A model generated the notes under the pieces. It did not search any database and had not been told where the DNA came from. It was given only the letters and a program-made list of their open reading frames with translations. This document shows positions 13,036-26,104 of a stretch of DNA of 64,000 nt, one piece after another (positions within the stretch are counted from its first letter, which is position 1; each line of letters begins with the position of its first letter). Source of the stretch: Eledone cirrhosa (taxonomy: Eukaryota). The stretch is taken from contig OZ024740.1 of assembly GCA_964016885.1 (NCBI GenBank), positions 170,066,001 to 170,130,000 of the forward strand, read 5' to 3'. A program made the position numbers and the translations under genes.

Positions 13036-14124
13036 TTAGTTTGCTCCAGGGATCAAGTCGTTGCCTCTTTCTTTGCCCTCAAGCTGTCCAAACAGCATCT
13101 TCTGGTTGTTGTCGAACATGCGGTTCTGTTTATACTGACTGACTCTGTTCTTGTATCGCCTGATTTTTGCACTCTTTGCTACAATGCGTTGCTTCAATTC
13201 CTCTATGATAATATTTAGCTTTTTACTCCTAGTTTTGTATTTTATTTCCAGTCTATTTTTAGTGCCTATGTTTTTTAGTGTCCCATTCAGTAGTGACTCA
13301 AGCTTTCCTATGTCATTTCTCATTTCCCCGATTTGCCCACTCAGTCGCTTCTTCCACCACGGCTCTGCTCTTTCTTGTCTGTTGTTTCCTCTCGCTTTTA
13401 TACCAAGTAGTTTCCTCACCGTATTTGCTGTTGCTCTGAGAATATTGTTGCACTGGTGAAGGCTCCTCGCCTCAAGGTATGGGATGACTTTGTTTACCTT
13501 AGCTGTTGTTTCTTTTAACTTTTTCCTGTCTACAAATCTTAGGTTCATAGGTCTCCCACTATCATTGTTCAATTCATCTACCACTAAATTTAGGATGTCA
13601 ACCGAATCTTGTCCTAGCCCGTCAGCATTCATCTCCTCAGTGGCCGTATCTCTGTTCCAGGTATTATTTATCTCAGTACTCAGATCATTGTCTGCTTCGG
13701 GTGGTTCCTCCGTTCTCAGGACCTCCTCACCTTCATTTCCCACCGGCTCGCTTGTCTGGCATACTACACCCGCCATCTCCAAGCCATTCTCTCTGCTCAG
13801 TTCCTCCAGTTCCAGCTCGCTTATCCACCCATTAGTTCTTATTACCCGAGCCTGCCCGGCCAATTTTTGTTCATCTAATTTAAATAAACCAATCTCGTTC
13901 CAGATGTTATGCATCCGTCTCCTGTAGCCCCTCTCCTTGGGGTTACTTTTCAGGTAGCATTGCATAACAGTTCTATTCAATTCTTTCGTCCAGTTGGTTC
14001 TGGCCCCTTTCCTTCTTCTCCTTCCTCCAACATCAGCAGTATTTGGTTGACAGTCAGGTTCCTGCTGCTGAGCCAGGGAGCACCTGTTGGGTGAGAGTCT
14101 GTCACATGACGTTCTAGTCTCCAT
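13036..14124 (-). CDS. N-terminal region of the R4/Dong ORF, separated from the RT part by a frameshift
   Basis: 362 aa with WTKELNRTVMQCY...GYRRRMHNIW...EQKLAGQARVIRTNGW and PWWKKRL...LKQRIVAKSAKIRRY..QNRMF, collinear with copies A1 and B. Confidence 0.85.
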   Translation of the reverse strand: METRTSCDRLSPNRCSLAQQQEPDCQPNTADVGGRRRRKGARTNWTKELNRTVMQCYLKSNPKERGYRRRMHNIWNEIGLFKLDEQKLAGQARVIRTNGWISELELEELSRENGLEMAGVVCQTSEPVGNEGEEVLRTEEPPEADNDLSTEINNTWNRDTATEEMNADGLGQDSVDILNLVVDELNNDSGRPMNLRFVDRKKLKETTAKVNKVIPYLEARSLHQCNNILRATANTVRKLLGIKARGNNRQERAEPWWKKRLSGQIGEMRNDIGKLESLLNGTLKNIGTKNRLEIKYKTRSKKLNIIIEELKQRIVAKSAKIRRYKNRVSQYKQNRMFDNNQKMLFGQLEGKERGNDLIPGAN

Positions 14125-15180
14125 TTCACCGTTATTCGAACTGTTTATGTTCGATATTTAAACACTCTTATCGAGGATTGGCGAATGTATGTTTACATAG
14201 CCATCTGTGGATCCGCCATCCCACTTGGCCCTTGTGTGGCATTATCACCACGCTGTATACGAACACACATAAACAAACAAACACACAGGCAGAAAGGGCC
14301 CCAAAAATGAATAAGCATAAGTTTCATTGTAATGTAGTGTTCGAATGTCTAACTTAGTTTTAGTTTTTTAAGTTTTACTTTTTCCCCCCTCTTCTCTGTC
14401 CGTCCGCCTGCTTCATTCTTATTTTCTTTACGTTTTTGGGGTTTCTTTTTTTTGTTTTTGTTTTTCTCTGTTTTTCTCGTTTTTTGCTGTTGTTGCTGTG
14501 CTGCTTTGGTTTTGTTGTTTGTTTTTTCTTTTTTCTTTTGGGTCTATCTATATATTTTGATGCCTTCCTCTTTGTTAGTAGTAGGAATTCTATAATGTGG
14601 AAGTAGCAGCCAGCAGGGAAGTGGGAGACTGGCGGCGTTAGCGATACTGAGACAGTGGTGGTGGTGATGTCGATACCGAGGCAGTGGTGGCGGTGATGTG
14701 ACCGTATTACTGTAGTGATGGTGCTGTAGCGGAGTCAAGGGGTGGTGGCGGCGGTGATGGGATAGTGGTGGTAATGATGGCCGTAGTGAGCGGTGGCGGT
14801 GGCGGTGAAAATGTGTCGTTATCTGGCTGTTGTGTTTAGTGTACACAGATGATGGGGTGGGTGGTGTATCTAGTTTCTGGTGTTGGTGAGTTTAGCTGTC
14901 CTATATAGTGTAGCCAGAGGAGAGGAGGGGAGGGGTTCTTCTTCCATTTATAGCCATTTTTTTTTTTTGGATATACAGTGTACAATACAAAGTTGAATAT
15001 TTGAATATTTGAGCCTTATAACAATATATTTTGGGTTCGAATTTTTTGGGGCTCAAGCCGGGTGCTTTACGTAGCATTTGTACTAAGAGTTGTTATTTCA
15101 CAAATGGTTTAAATATGTTAAAAATTCAAAACTTACGGGAGCGATTTCATGACCTCCGTCACCTCGTGCGTCTTCTTCCC

Positions 15181-15239
<59 letters not shown>

Positions 15240-15639
15240 GTTGTTGTTATTCCTTGAATCTCAGTCATTGATGTTGGTTAACTGGAAAGTCCGTTGGATT
15301 GAATATCAAGCCACTACCTGCAGCCTCAGATATTCAGGACGTATCGGAGGGTTCTTGCTGTTCCAAGCAAGCATGCCTTTTGAAGCGTTCCAAAAAGCGT
15401 GAAGGGGCCGATTTTCTTTAACCATCCCTGGAAACTTTTGGAGATAGTCCCCAGTGCGCCTATGACAATCGGGATCACTTTGACTTCATGGCAGTTCCAA
15501 ATCCTTTTCACCTCCCACTTTAGGTCCTGGTATCGGTTAATTTTCTCCCTCTCCTTCTCTTGCACTCTCGTGTCGAACGGGCAGGCCACATCCACAATCA
15601 GACACGATCTTTTTTCTTTGTCCACAACCACCAGGTCAG

Positions 15640-15640
<1 letters not shown>
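15181..15640 (-). mobile_element. R4/Dong-like family A, short 5'-truncated copy (A4) with (TAA)n tail
   Basis: 15250-15640 is near-identical to 10664-11054 (one substitution seen by eye); flanked by (TTA)n on both sides. Confidence 0.93.
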
Positions 15641-15689
<49 letters not shown>

Positions 15690-15950
15690 GAGTCATTGTT
15701 TTTATTTAACCGGAAAATGTTCTTTAATGAATATCTAGCCACTACTTGCAGCCTCAGATGTTCAGGATGTATCAGAGGGTCCTTGGTGTTCTCAGTAGGC
15801 ATGCCTTCTGGAGTATTCCAAAAAGGGGGCTGGGCTAATGTTCTTTAACCAGCCTTGGAAGCTCTTCGAAATAATAGGTGAGACCTTGATCTCAGTTCCC
15901 ACTTTAAATCTCGTACCAAAGGGGCAAGTTAGATCTATAATCAATCGAAG
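15641..15950 (-). mobile_element. R4/Dong-like family A, old degraded 3' fragment (A5)
   Basis: Diverged copy of the same 3' UTR and RLE end (gcagcctcagatgttcagga...); tail 15641-15689. Confidence 0.8.
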
Positions 15951-16064
15951 CAGTACCAAGACTAGTGACTTATTTATATACACCCTGCAAATATTGCCAC
16001 ACTCTTGGAAAAGCTTGCTGAAGAAACAAGCCAAAATCGCTTGGCGCCGCGGTCGGGATTTTAC

Positions 16065-16066
<2 letters not shown>

Positions 16067-16146
<80 letters not shown>
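16067..16146. repeat. (CT)n(AT)n compound microsatellite
   Basis: Direct. Confidence 0.95.
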
Positions 16147-16148
<2 letters not shown>

Positions 16149-16269
16149 ATCTAAACGCTGGTATTACAGTAAAGCGAACGACCAAAAGAAGGAGAGATAT
16201 ATTGATTGAAAAGCAATCAGATTTAATGAATAAAGAGATTATAGGAATAGAAAATAAGTATTTATTGTT

Positions 16270-16400
16270 TCAAATTTAGGCACAAGACCAGCAACTTGCA
16301 GGAATGTGAAATTTCAATCTTTTCGACCCAGTAATATCCCCGGTGGCATTTGAACTCAGAATGTCAAAGAACGTAACAATATGCCACAAAACACATTGTC
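16270..16400 (-). mobile_element. tRNA-derived SINE, degraded
   Basis: aggcacaagaccagca...tcgacccagta...tttgaactcagaatg is the reverse complement of the SINE body at 26105 and 58835. Confidence 0.6.
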
Positions 16401-16977
16401 CCACGCCAAACCGATACGGACATTTCACCGGTCTGAAAACGAAAGTTAGTAAAAAGCTCCAGGCATCACACACTTATTTTGTTAGGTGCACTTTAGCTAA
16501 TGAGATGAAAGTAATGGATTGGTGCAAATATGTTGGTTATATAATCCAATAAATATATTCATTAATGAACTTTAAACCAAAACAATGTGTTCATAAAAGA
16601 AGAAGCTTATGTTTCCTTTTCTGTCATCTATATGCAAAAGTCGACTGACTTAAACAGTAAATCTTCGCTATCATAAATTTGGAAATTATAGAATCTATAT
16701 TAGATATATTGACTGAATCCGAGCCAATGACAATATCTGGTGGGTGTTGTATTCTTTATATTTCTACATTCTTTCCTTCTCCCCTTCATGAGATTCAATG
16801 TGATTATCATACCAGTTCCTATATGTTATATACTTTTAAACAGAAATTGCATTTCGACACGCCATTTCTATGATGTAAAATGTCTACTCTGATCGCCTAC
16901 AAATACCATGTGATATGAAAAATATCCATTAATAACATAACTATGGGCGGAATTAATGTATTTTAGGTTCAAGTCTA

Positions 16978-16981
<4 letters not shown>

Positions 16982-17075
<94 letters not shown>

Positions 17076-17100
17076 TCTCTCTCTCTTTCTCTCTCTCTCG
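16982..17100. repeat. (CT)n microsatellite
   Basis: Direct. Confidence 0.95.
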
Positions 17101-19038
17101 TACACACACACATACACACACTCTCCCTCTCTCTCTCTACCTCTACCTGTCTATTTATCTAACTATCAATCTATCTATCTTAGCTGCCTGTCAATCTGTC
17201 TATCTATCTACCTCTCTCCTGCAAGAAATATGTGTGTGTATGTGTGTGTGAGTCTGTGTGTGTGTGTGTGTGCGTGTGTGTGAAAAATCACAAGGGAATA
17301 AATAGAGAGAGGCTTACATATACTTATTTAATACGAAAGTGGAAAATTCATCGATATTTATAAATGAGTATATTTGGCCGATTAAGGATAAAAGTCCCGA
17401 AAATAGCTATCTTACATTCTCATTGGCTACTAAAATAGCGGTGACATGATCATAGCTTAAAACATTCATAGCGAGAGTCTCGTATATTTATTAAATATAC
17501 ATGTTTAGGTTTCCATGTACAAATCTATGATATATATATTTCGTAAAAGTGTAGGAATCTACAGCTCTTACGATGATCACAGCAAAGCGTCACGTTAAAC
17601 AAAATCTCTTAATGAATGGAAGAGCTGTGAGAGAAGACGAGAGAGAGAAGAAAAAATTATGGGCGAGAGGGAGAACAAAAGGAATAGAGCGTATAGAATA
17701 TAATAAGAAGTGGGAGACAGACAGGGAATGAGAAGAAAAGAGAGAATGAGAGTGATAAAAGCAAATATATTGACACGAAGAAGAAGGAATGGGATAACAA
17801 TAGAGAAAGTAAGGTAGAAAAACCTAAAAGAACCAACTATAGTGTCGAAACCGCATCAGTCTCCTGCACAACAGAATCTAAATTCCTGTTGGCGTGATGC
17901 GTGTAAGTAGAGAAAACAAAAAAGAGAGCATTAGAAACGCGTCAGCTCTGGGTCGCGCCAGGCAAATAAGAGGCAGTTTCATATTCTGGCGGAAGAAACA
18001 GCAGCAGGAAAGTTGACATCGGAAGTAGCAGCAGTAGTTGCAGTAAGGGGGAAGGGAGACAGGAGAGAAAGATATAAAGACTTAAAGAGTTACCTGTCCC
18101 TAGCATTGTTTTCCGTCCATCATACAAAACCAATATGGCTCACTATATGTATGTAAATATGATATAAAATAAATTGGAGCGTTGCGTGTATAGATATTTC
18201 ATAAAATTGTGGAATTAGCTGTAAAACACCTGTAATAAATTTTGGATAGTGCATTCAGAATAATCCCCGCACCGTGCCATACATATTAAACAGATTTAGA
18301 TATACAATTGTTTTTGGTCGAGCTTAGATCAAATTTTATGAGTAATTAACCATCGGCATCTGTCAGTTGTTTGAAGTGTATTGATTGCAGTGGCAATACT
18401 GCTTTAAACAATGGTATTTGATGAGTGGTCAATGCAAATACACAAGGATCGCAATGTACTGCCTAGCTCACAAATAGGCTGAGAGAACGCTATAGTTGAA
18501 AGTTTGAGTTGTGGAGGTAAATTCTTCCTTTATTACTGTAATTTATATTACCATTAAAAGGAGTATGTATTGTATCATGCAATTTATTATCAGGATTGAA
18601 TGATAACTGTTTCACTTGGTTTGAAAAAGCAAGTTCTGTTGTTTCGAAAGTTCATCTGGGGTCAACTCTCTCTATATATATATATTTCTATACACTTTAT
18701 ATTTTTATTCCTAACGCCAAATCATTCTTATGCTAATCTATCTATTAACTGAACTATAAATATTTCGTAATAGATCGCATGTCATCTAAAATCGGTGTTT
18801 GTTTTCAAAATTTCTTGAATGATATAGTCACAATGCTTAGCGGTAGGTATATATATTGCACCCTAATTGATTAGATACGATTGTAAGAAAGGGAATTAAT
18901 AAGAGACAACCACGTTGTAACGTCATAATATTTAGTAACACCTAGAACATCTTTCGTTTCACTGAGACTTTTAAGATAAAAAATCATTCGCTAGAGATGG
19001 TTATTGCTAAAGAGACAAGGTATACACCCACCCACACG

Positions 19039-19090
<52 letters not shown>

Positions 19091-21323
19091 TAGAAGGTGT
19101 AGAGTAATAAGAAATAAAGTGAGACAGAAAAATAACGATTAGAATTAAATAGAGAAGTGGGGCTGAGTAAAGTGAGAATTGGGGATTTTAATGATAATTT
19201 CCCTCACTTAATGAATATTAGAGACTGGTAGTAGGGGTGATACTGCGGTAGCTTTAAGTGTCAAAAGGTGTTCTTTTGTGATAATAGGTCAGAGTTATAT
19301 ATTTGAATGTTTATGTGCAGCTACCCAATTGACAAAGAAAAATAGTTTGCAACGTTTTTTTAAATTGGAAAGCATAAGATATGATAAATGAAAGAAAAAT
19401 AAAAGTCAATGTCAAGAAAAAGTAATGAAATAAAAGAACGAAGTAAAATGAAGAGGATAAAGTAAGAAGAATGTAAGAAGAAACATAAAAATAGACTTAT
19501 AGATGCATAAAATGAAGAAAAACATATAAAAAGGTAACACAAAAAATATATAACAGATAGACGGATGAAAATAGGTAGAAAATTAAAAACTAAGTAAAAA
19601 AGAAATGAAATGGAAATAAAAGAACAACAGAACGAAAGAAGGAAAGAAAATACAAAATTAAAAATGGTTAGAGAATATGGTGAAAGAATGAAGTATATTT
19701 TAGATAGGCAAGAAAACTTGAAAGAGATGAAACAATTTTAAAAAATGATCAGAAAGATCGGTCTCAATACGAAATGGGTCAGAAAATGAATAAAACCGAA
19801 CGAGAAAGGGAAAAATATAATATAAAATTGAAAAACGTGAGGAAAGGTGAAAGAGGAAAGAAAACAAAAACAACCAAAAATGATGAACAAAGAAATAAGA
19901 AAACAGAAAACGGAGTAATACTACACGATTTATGCAAAATACTAAGTGGAAATTGTAGTGGAAGAAAATATACAATGAAACAAATAAAAAGGAAGAGAAA
20001 GGCTGGGAATGAAATTTAGATATTACGCATAGAATTCAAAGGATCTTGCAAATATAAAAGATTATTTTAGACGTAACTGATTGAACGAGTCATTCCAGAT
20101 ACTGGGATATCTAACTGTTGTTGTTTAGCCACAAATTAACAATGATTGAAGAGATTTCTGAACCAAACGCTTCTGTGACATTTATTCTCTAAATAATTCT
20201 ATTTTTTCTACGCCAACTAATGTAAAGTTTTGTACATTACTTGGAGATTCTTTCACTACCACTTCGATAGTACAGTGAAGTTGATACGTTACTGAAAAAG
20301 TTATAATGAGAAAGAACCGCTTCAGAAATTGTTTCCCATGCTTGCTGGAATAGTTGTAAATAGTGTTAATGTCTATTCAAATTCTAAAGCTCATCAGACC
20401 GGTTCCATTGAGCGACTGAAAATGCCAAACTTCCAGTCCATCACAGAGTTAATACTAAGTTATTGCTGGTACTCATTTTATCGAATACACTAGAACAACT
20501 GGAAATAAAGTACCTTAAGGACAAAACATCCCCACCTGGTGTAGGAGATCGATCGAATAACCTTACAATCGTGAGTTCTAACACCCTGACAACTAAACTG
20601 CGCGCCTCCATGTTCGCTAAAATAATTGAAGTAATATTAAATATTCACTAATACTGTTTTTCTTCAACGCATAATTATTTGCACATTAAATTCCTTAAAG
20701 AAACGTTGGCTAATGCTTGGGCAATAAATTGGCAATAATATAGACCAGTTTGAGCTTAATGAAGAAGTTTTGGATTGTACGTGGCATCTGAAAAATCCTC
20801 ACAACATTCAGATTTCCAAGCCGTAGGAACACATTAATTTTATTCTTGAGCATGGAGATGTAAATACATTTCAAATTTAAGCGGATATAGAAAACAAAGG
20901 AATGATGGAATAACAACGATACACTAAATATATCGGTTTTTTTTTCTTTATGTTCTAGTTACAACAAAAGATGTAGAGTTTAAAGTAGTAAACAGCACGA
21001 GTTTCCACAATTAATGTGAATAGAGGATGAGAAAAGAAATAGCTTACATACAATGTAAACTATTTGGATAGTAATTCAAGCATAGATAATTAAGACGTTT
21101 CAATATACAACATCAACAAAAATATGTATACTTAAATGTGTTGTAGAAATTGTTCATATATATATATATATATTTAAAAGAATAGACGTGTAACACACGA
21201 GTTGTGATATATTGGTAAAAGGAAAAGAAAATGCTGACAAATTGTTCCCAGTGAAAAATAGTTTAATTAGGAATAAGTAAAAATTAGTAATAATATTGGT
21301 TAGTATTCAGTTTTGGTTTTAAG

Positions 21324-21359
21324 TTTTACCGGTTGCGCATTTCTAATGCTTTTCAAAAA
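21324..21359 (-). ncRNA. Minimal hammerhead ribozyme motif, U3-A8 core, GCAA variant
   Basis: Reverse complement of 24020-24055. Confidence 0.6.
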
Positions 21360-21617
21360 TAATTTTGAGATAGAGCGCCCGTGATGTTTGCTCTGATCTG
21401 ATTAGTTCTGGAAATTCTACCTGTTTTATGTTTAAAAAAAGTGGCTCCAGATGTATGAAAAAATTCTTGTGGTCAAAACAATTTTGATTGGTCGGTAGAG
21501 GTCATGTGAATGTTAAAAATTGATTTTGCGCCAAATGTAGGTTTGTCTCGACTGATTGAGAAGTCACTGAAAAATAAGTCTTTCAAGACAAATATGTGTG
21601 TGTGTGTGTGTGTGTGT

Positions 21618-21662
<45 letters not shown>

Positions 21663-21744
21663 AAGAGGTTCGTTGTTGTGATAATGGTCAGCAGGGATGT
21701 GTGTGCGAACCGCAGCCTGTTGACAGTTCAAATGCCTATTAAGA

Positions 21745-21789
<45 letters not shown>

Positions 21790-22441
21790 CAGAGTAATTC
21801 GTGGTAGAGGGATGGTCAGTAGGAATGTGTCTGTACGTGTGTGGGGGATATTTTAACATGTTAAAATATATTTTTCAGCTCTTGTCTTATACGGAGAAGT
21901 GTGTGTGTGTGTATATGTCTCTTTGTATGTTAATGTACGCGTGTGTATGTGTGTGTGTATATATATATATGTGTGTGTGCGTGTGTGTGTGAATGTATGT
22001 GTGTGTGTGGGGGTGGACCAGTATTTGTGTGATACTGGTATACATTATTCGATATTTTCAGCAAAAACGATTCTCTCAATAGAACATCAAAAACCTTAAT
22101 AATAAAAGGTGTGAAATGATATATAGTATTGGCATAATACCAAGGTGTGTGTGAGTGTCCAGATTGTACGTACTGCAAGGAGAATCCATTAGGCCTTGCC
22201 GTATTGGAATAGTTGTGTACAAATATGTATGTGCCCATCAGTGTGCAATGCATGTGTGCGTATATATATGTGTGTGTGTCGGCACGTTTATATCTATAGA
22301 CATCAAAGGTATGAAAATGTGTGTATATTTGTGTTGCACCATAGAACATGTGTGTTTACGTATGTCATTGTGTTTATATGTGGATAGAGATGTATGCTGA
22401 TGTAGGTATGTATGTTGACGTGTGTATGTTGTGGGTTCGTC

Positions 22442-22906
22442 TTAGGGAGAAGTGTTTAGACGGGTTCCGTATTTGTTAATAAAGTGAGAGCCCTTGCTGA
22501 TGCGCTGGGTGTGGGTGGCATTATCTTGAAATTTGTAGAGGGGAAAGATTCTGAAGTTGGGATGATTTTGGGCGGCAGAGGTATCAATGTGTTCACTCAG
22601 TGGTATTTTCCTGTATTCCCGTATTTTAATTTGGGATCTATGGACAGTCATGCGTTGGTGGAGGCTGTTTTTGGTCTGGCCTATGTATTGTTCTCGACAA
22701 CCTGAGCAAGTTAATACATATATTAGATTTTCTGATGCGCATGTGAAATTGTGTTTTACTATAAAACGTTGTCCTTCTTTGAAATAGAATTCCGAACCCT
22801 CTATTAGGTTGATGCATATGCCACAGTTGGGTCTATCGCATTTTTTTACTGTGGGTTTCGTTGTTGTGGTTGGCAGTACTTTGGCATGTGTTAGGATGTT
22901 TTTCAT
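22442..22906 (-). pseudogene. GIY-YIG endonuclease domain of PLE
   Basis: KKCDRPNCGIC...FTCASENLIYVLTCSGCREQYIGQT...RMTVHR..SEHI...RLN; an in-frame stop lies just upstream. Confidence 0.9.
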
Positions 22907-23612
22907 TGACTTAGATTATCTTTTGCTCTTTAAGATATCGTGTGTTCGTAGGATTTGGTTCATTCTATGGTCCCTTTTCAACACAGGGATGTTCTGGAGG
23001 ATGGTGTCAAAGGCCTCATTGTTTAGGGAGTTGTGTGTGGAGATGTATGGAAGAGCTTTTAGTTTCGGTTGATTTACTTTTGGGTGTCTAAGGTTCTGGG
23101 TACTGAGTTTTAGGGCACGTTGTATTCCATTGTCAATTAGTGATGCAGGGTAGTCCCTGCCTATGAGTGTGTCCTTTAGTTCTTGTAGCCGTAAGTAGCA
23201 GGTGTTTTATTGGAGACTATAGTACAGATTCTCTTGGCTAAGTTGTAGGGAATATTAATTTTAACGTGTCTAGGGTGGCAAGATTATTTCACACCTTTTA
23301 TTATTAAGGTTTTTGATGTTCTATTGAGAGAATCGTTTTTACTGAAAATATCGAATAATGTACACCATTTTTACCAGTATCACAAAAATACTGGTCCACC
23401 CACACACACACACAAATATATACACACACACACATATATACACACACACATACACACGCGTACATTAACATTCAAAGAGACATACACCCACACAAACACA
23501 CACTTCTCCGTATAAGACAAGAGCTGAAAAATATCTTTTAACATGTTAAAATATCCCCCACACACGTACAGACACATTCCTACTGACCATCCCTCTACCA
23601 CGAATTACTCTG

Positions 23613-23673
<61 letters not shown>

Positions 23674-24019
23674 TCTTAATAGGCATTTGAACTGTCAACA
23701 GGCTGCACTTCGCACACACATCCCTGCTGACCATTATCACAACACCGAACCTCTTTACTACTACTACACACACACACTCACACACATATTTGTCTTGAAA
23801 GACTTATTTTTCAGTGACTTCTCAATCAGCCGAGACAAACCTACATTTAGCGCAAAATCAATTTTTAACATTCACATGACCTCTACCGACCAACCAAAAT
23901 TGTTTTGACCACAAGAATTTTTTCATACATCTGGAGCCACTTTTTTTATATAAAACAGGTAGAATTTCCAAAACTAATCAAATTAGAGCAAACATCACGG
24001 GCGCTCTATCTCAAAATTA

Positions 24020-24055
24020 TTTTTGAAAAGCATTAGAAATGCGCAACCGGTAAAA
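24020..24055 (+). ncRNA. Minimal hammerhead ribozyme motif, U3-A8 core, GCAA variant
   Basis: TTT-TTGAAAA-GCAT tagaa ATGC-GCAA-CCGG-TA-AAA gives stem I, core, stem II, palindromic stem III and a GUA site. Confidence 0.6.
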
Positions 24056-24799
24056 CTTAAAACCCAAACTGAATACTAACCAATACCATTACTAATTTTT
24101 ACTTATTCCTAATTAAACTATTTTTCACTGGGAACAATTTGTCAGCATTTTCTTTTCCTTTTACCAATATATATATATATATATATTCACTTTTGTAAGA
24201 TAAACTATTCGGTATAAAAAATAACTTAAAATCTGTTATTTTATTTAAAGTTCCTTTTCACAATTCAGAGAATAGAAGGGTTATATGGCAGAACAGCATA
24301 CAGACAAAAATACACGGTAATATATATGTTTTTAACCTCGTGACAATAGAGATCAGCTAATGGCTTCTCATTCAGCTTATGTATGCTGATTTCATTAGTG
24401 CCCGTTGAAAAGATAAAGATAAAACTGCTTATACTCTCGTATGCAGAATGATTGAGCTAAGAGAGAAAAATAGTATTGCATTCTGCATATATAGACAATA
24501 TGAGCTAGGATTTTGATTGAATCATCAATCAATCAAGTCCGCATAACTGGTGTAACTAGTCACTGAGGTGCCATTCTGAATGTTTGCGATAGAATCTCTG
24601 TGGGCCTTAGAAATGTATCATGGTGTTCATCTCCTCTCCAAGCGCCCAGTCTCTCAGTAAGTTTAGCTTGCCATCAGAAGCAGTTACCGAAATGTGGCTG
24701 AAAATTTCCCGGAATTAGAAGTGAGTGTCAGTACCAGTGTACTCATACGTTTCTAAAGATGCCGCTGGCGGACGTCAAATTCTCTCTACCCGTACACCC

Positions 24800-25260
24800 C
24801 GATTTTGTGACGATATTTCTTTAATTATTTAAATTATTTATGGTACTGAAATAATGTTTTTCAAATCACATCAGTGTATTTTCAAAGAAGTCATAGAAAA
24901 TGTCAAGTCCTGTATTGAAATAAGTTTCGTTAAATCGTTTCACTCTATTTTCAAAAAACAGTTTGTAAGAGCAGTCCAGCTTTGATAAAGATGACGGTAA
25001 AATATTAATCTGTCGTCTGTTCTGCATTGACAAGTCTCAAATAACATCACTGCATGAGGTTATTCTGATAATTCTTATTGATAGCTATGGCCGATCTTTT
25101 AGTAAGATGAAATTGATCATATACTTGAGAGTTTCAGTGATTAAAATAAGACTCTGGGATTTAATTTTACTCAGCATTGAACACGATAAAACTGTAAAAG
25201 AAATATTTTGATGATATCAGAGATGCGTTTACATTGGCAAAGGTAAGAGAAATATAGTCT
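24800..25260 (+). pseudogene. hAT transposase C-terminal dimerisation domain remnant
   Basis: 25080-25257 reads about SYGRSFSKMKLIIYLRVSVIKIRLWDLILLSIEHD...FDDIRDAFTLAKVR, matching the hAT pattern ERSFSKLKLIK.YLR.....RL..L.LLSIE...F...K.R. The 5' limit is uncertain. Confidence 0.7.
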
Positions 25261-26104
25261 TAAAAGGAATTTCAAAATTACTCACGAAATTTACAAACGT
25301 GATATGTTTTTACAATTCCATGTAATTTCAAATAATTTTATTTCAATAAAAGCTTACACATTTTTGTATTGTTCTATTTGTAAATATACTAACTAATACT
25401 TTATTATGTATGTCTTATGTTGTATATATTTATTTTATAACACTGTTTGTCATTTGTCATAAAATACACCTTTCAAAATTATATTAGAGAATATGAAATA
25501 ATTACACAGTATACCATGTTTGAGTACCATAAACTTTATGAGCTAGAACTGTAAAGAATGCTAGCTTTAGGAAAGTCCGTAACGTCATTTATCAGGTATT
25601 ACTACATTTAGCTAGTCCATGTTCTATGTAATGCGAATTCGGAGACCAGTATTGCGATTTTGTGTATATTGTACATATTTACAACTCCTACTGTTGAGTT
25701 ATGTATTTGTCTTCACGTACTTTAACCATTTCCATTTATTATAGACATTGTTTGTTTTTATTTTCCACATTCTGGTTATCTCTGCTTCAAGAATTTTCTA
25801 TATGCATAACATTTCAATTCATTTTAGAAATGCATTACCATCTGAAGAAGCTGAAACATTGTTTAGTAGGCAATTACTTTCCTGCTTCACGACAATATAT
25901 GGCCGGTTATCATTTCTCTTCCTGTCTATGTGGATTGGTATATCCCAGAATATATTCTCTTTGTCCTCCTCTGAAATCTTCATCTCCTGTATGTTTCTAA
26001 TGATATTTCATGATAATGTCAAAACCTACAATATATAAAAGCCTCAATTCTGACATGTCTGCGTATGCTTTCTTTTCTGGTCATTATTGCTGTTTGCCAT
26101 TATT

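Larger units (their letters stand above)
10587..15180 (-). mobile_element. R4/Dong-like element, family A, near full-length young copy (A3, ~4.5 kb)
   Basis: Flanked by (TTA)n tracts at 10587-10665 and 15181-15250; carries ORFs 13036..14124 and 10740..12926. The 5' boundary at 15180 is inferred from the adjacent tract. Confidence 0.9.
21174..24170 (-). mobile_element. Penelope-like element (Neptune-like Cys linker), 5'-truncated, with inverted ~0.9-kb copy of its 3' end
   Basis: Minus GIY-YIG ORF 22442..22906. 21207-22117 is the reverse complement of 23286-24170. (TA)n tracts flank both ends. Confidence 0.9.

Noticed and set aside
10813-13927. Plus-strand ORFs overlapping the Dong ORFs
   Set aside because: Antisense shadows of the RT/RLE frame with no independent motifs.
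14200-15180. HDV-like ribozyme at the 5' end of the R4/Dong element
   Set aside because: Expected for some RLE clades, but I could not assemble the nested double pseudoknot by eye; only simple hairpins were seen. A descriptor search is needed.
16042-16062. TGGCGCCGCGGTCGGGATT resembling a tRNA primer-binding site
   Set aside because: No LTR, gag or pol context nearby.
17923-17950. GAAACGCGTC-AGCTCT, a typical minimal HHR 3' half
   Set aside because: No CUGANGA core or stem II upstream; at best a deleted relic.
22900-22930. Stop-codon recoding (selenocysteine) in PLE ORFs
   Set aside because: The interrupting stop here is TAA and the other lesions are frameshifts, consistent with decay.
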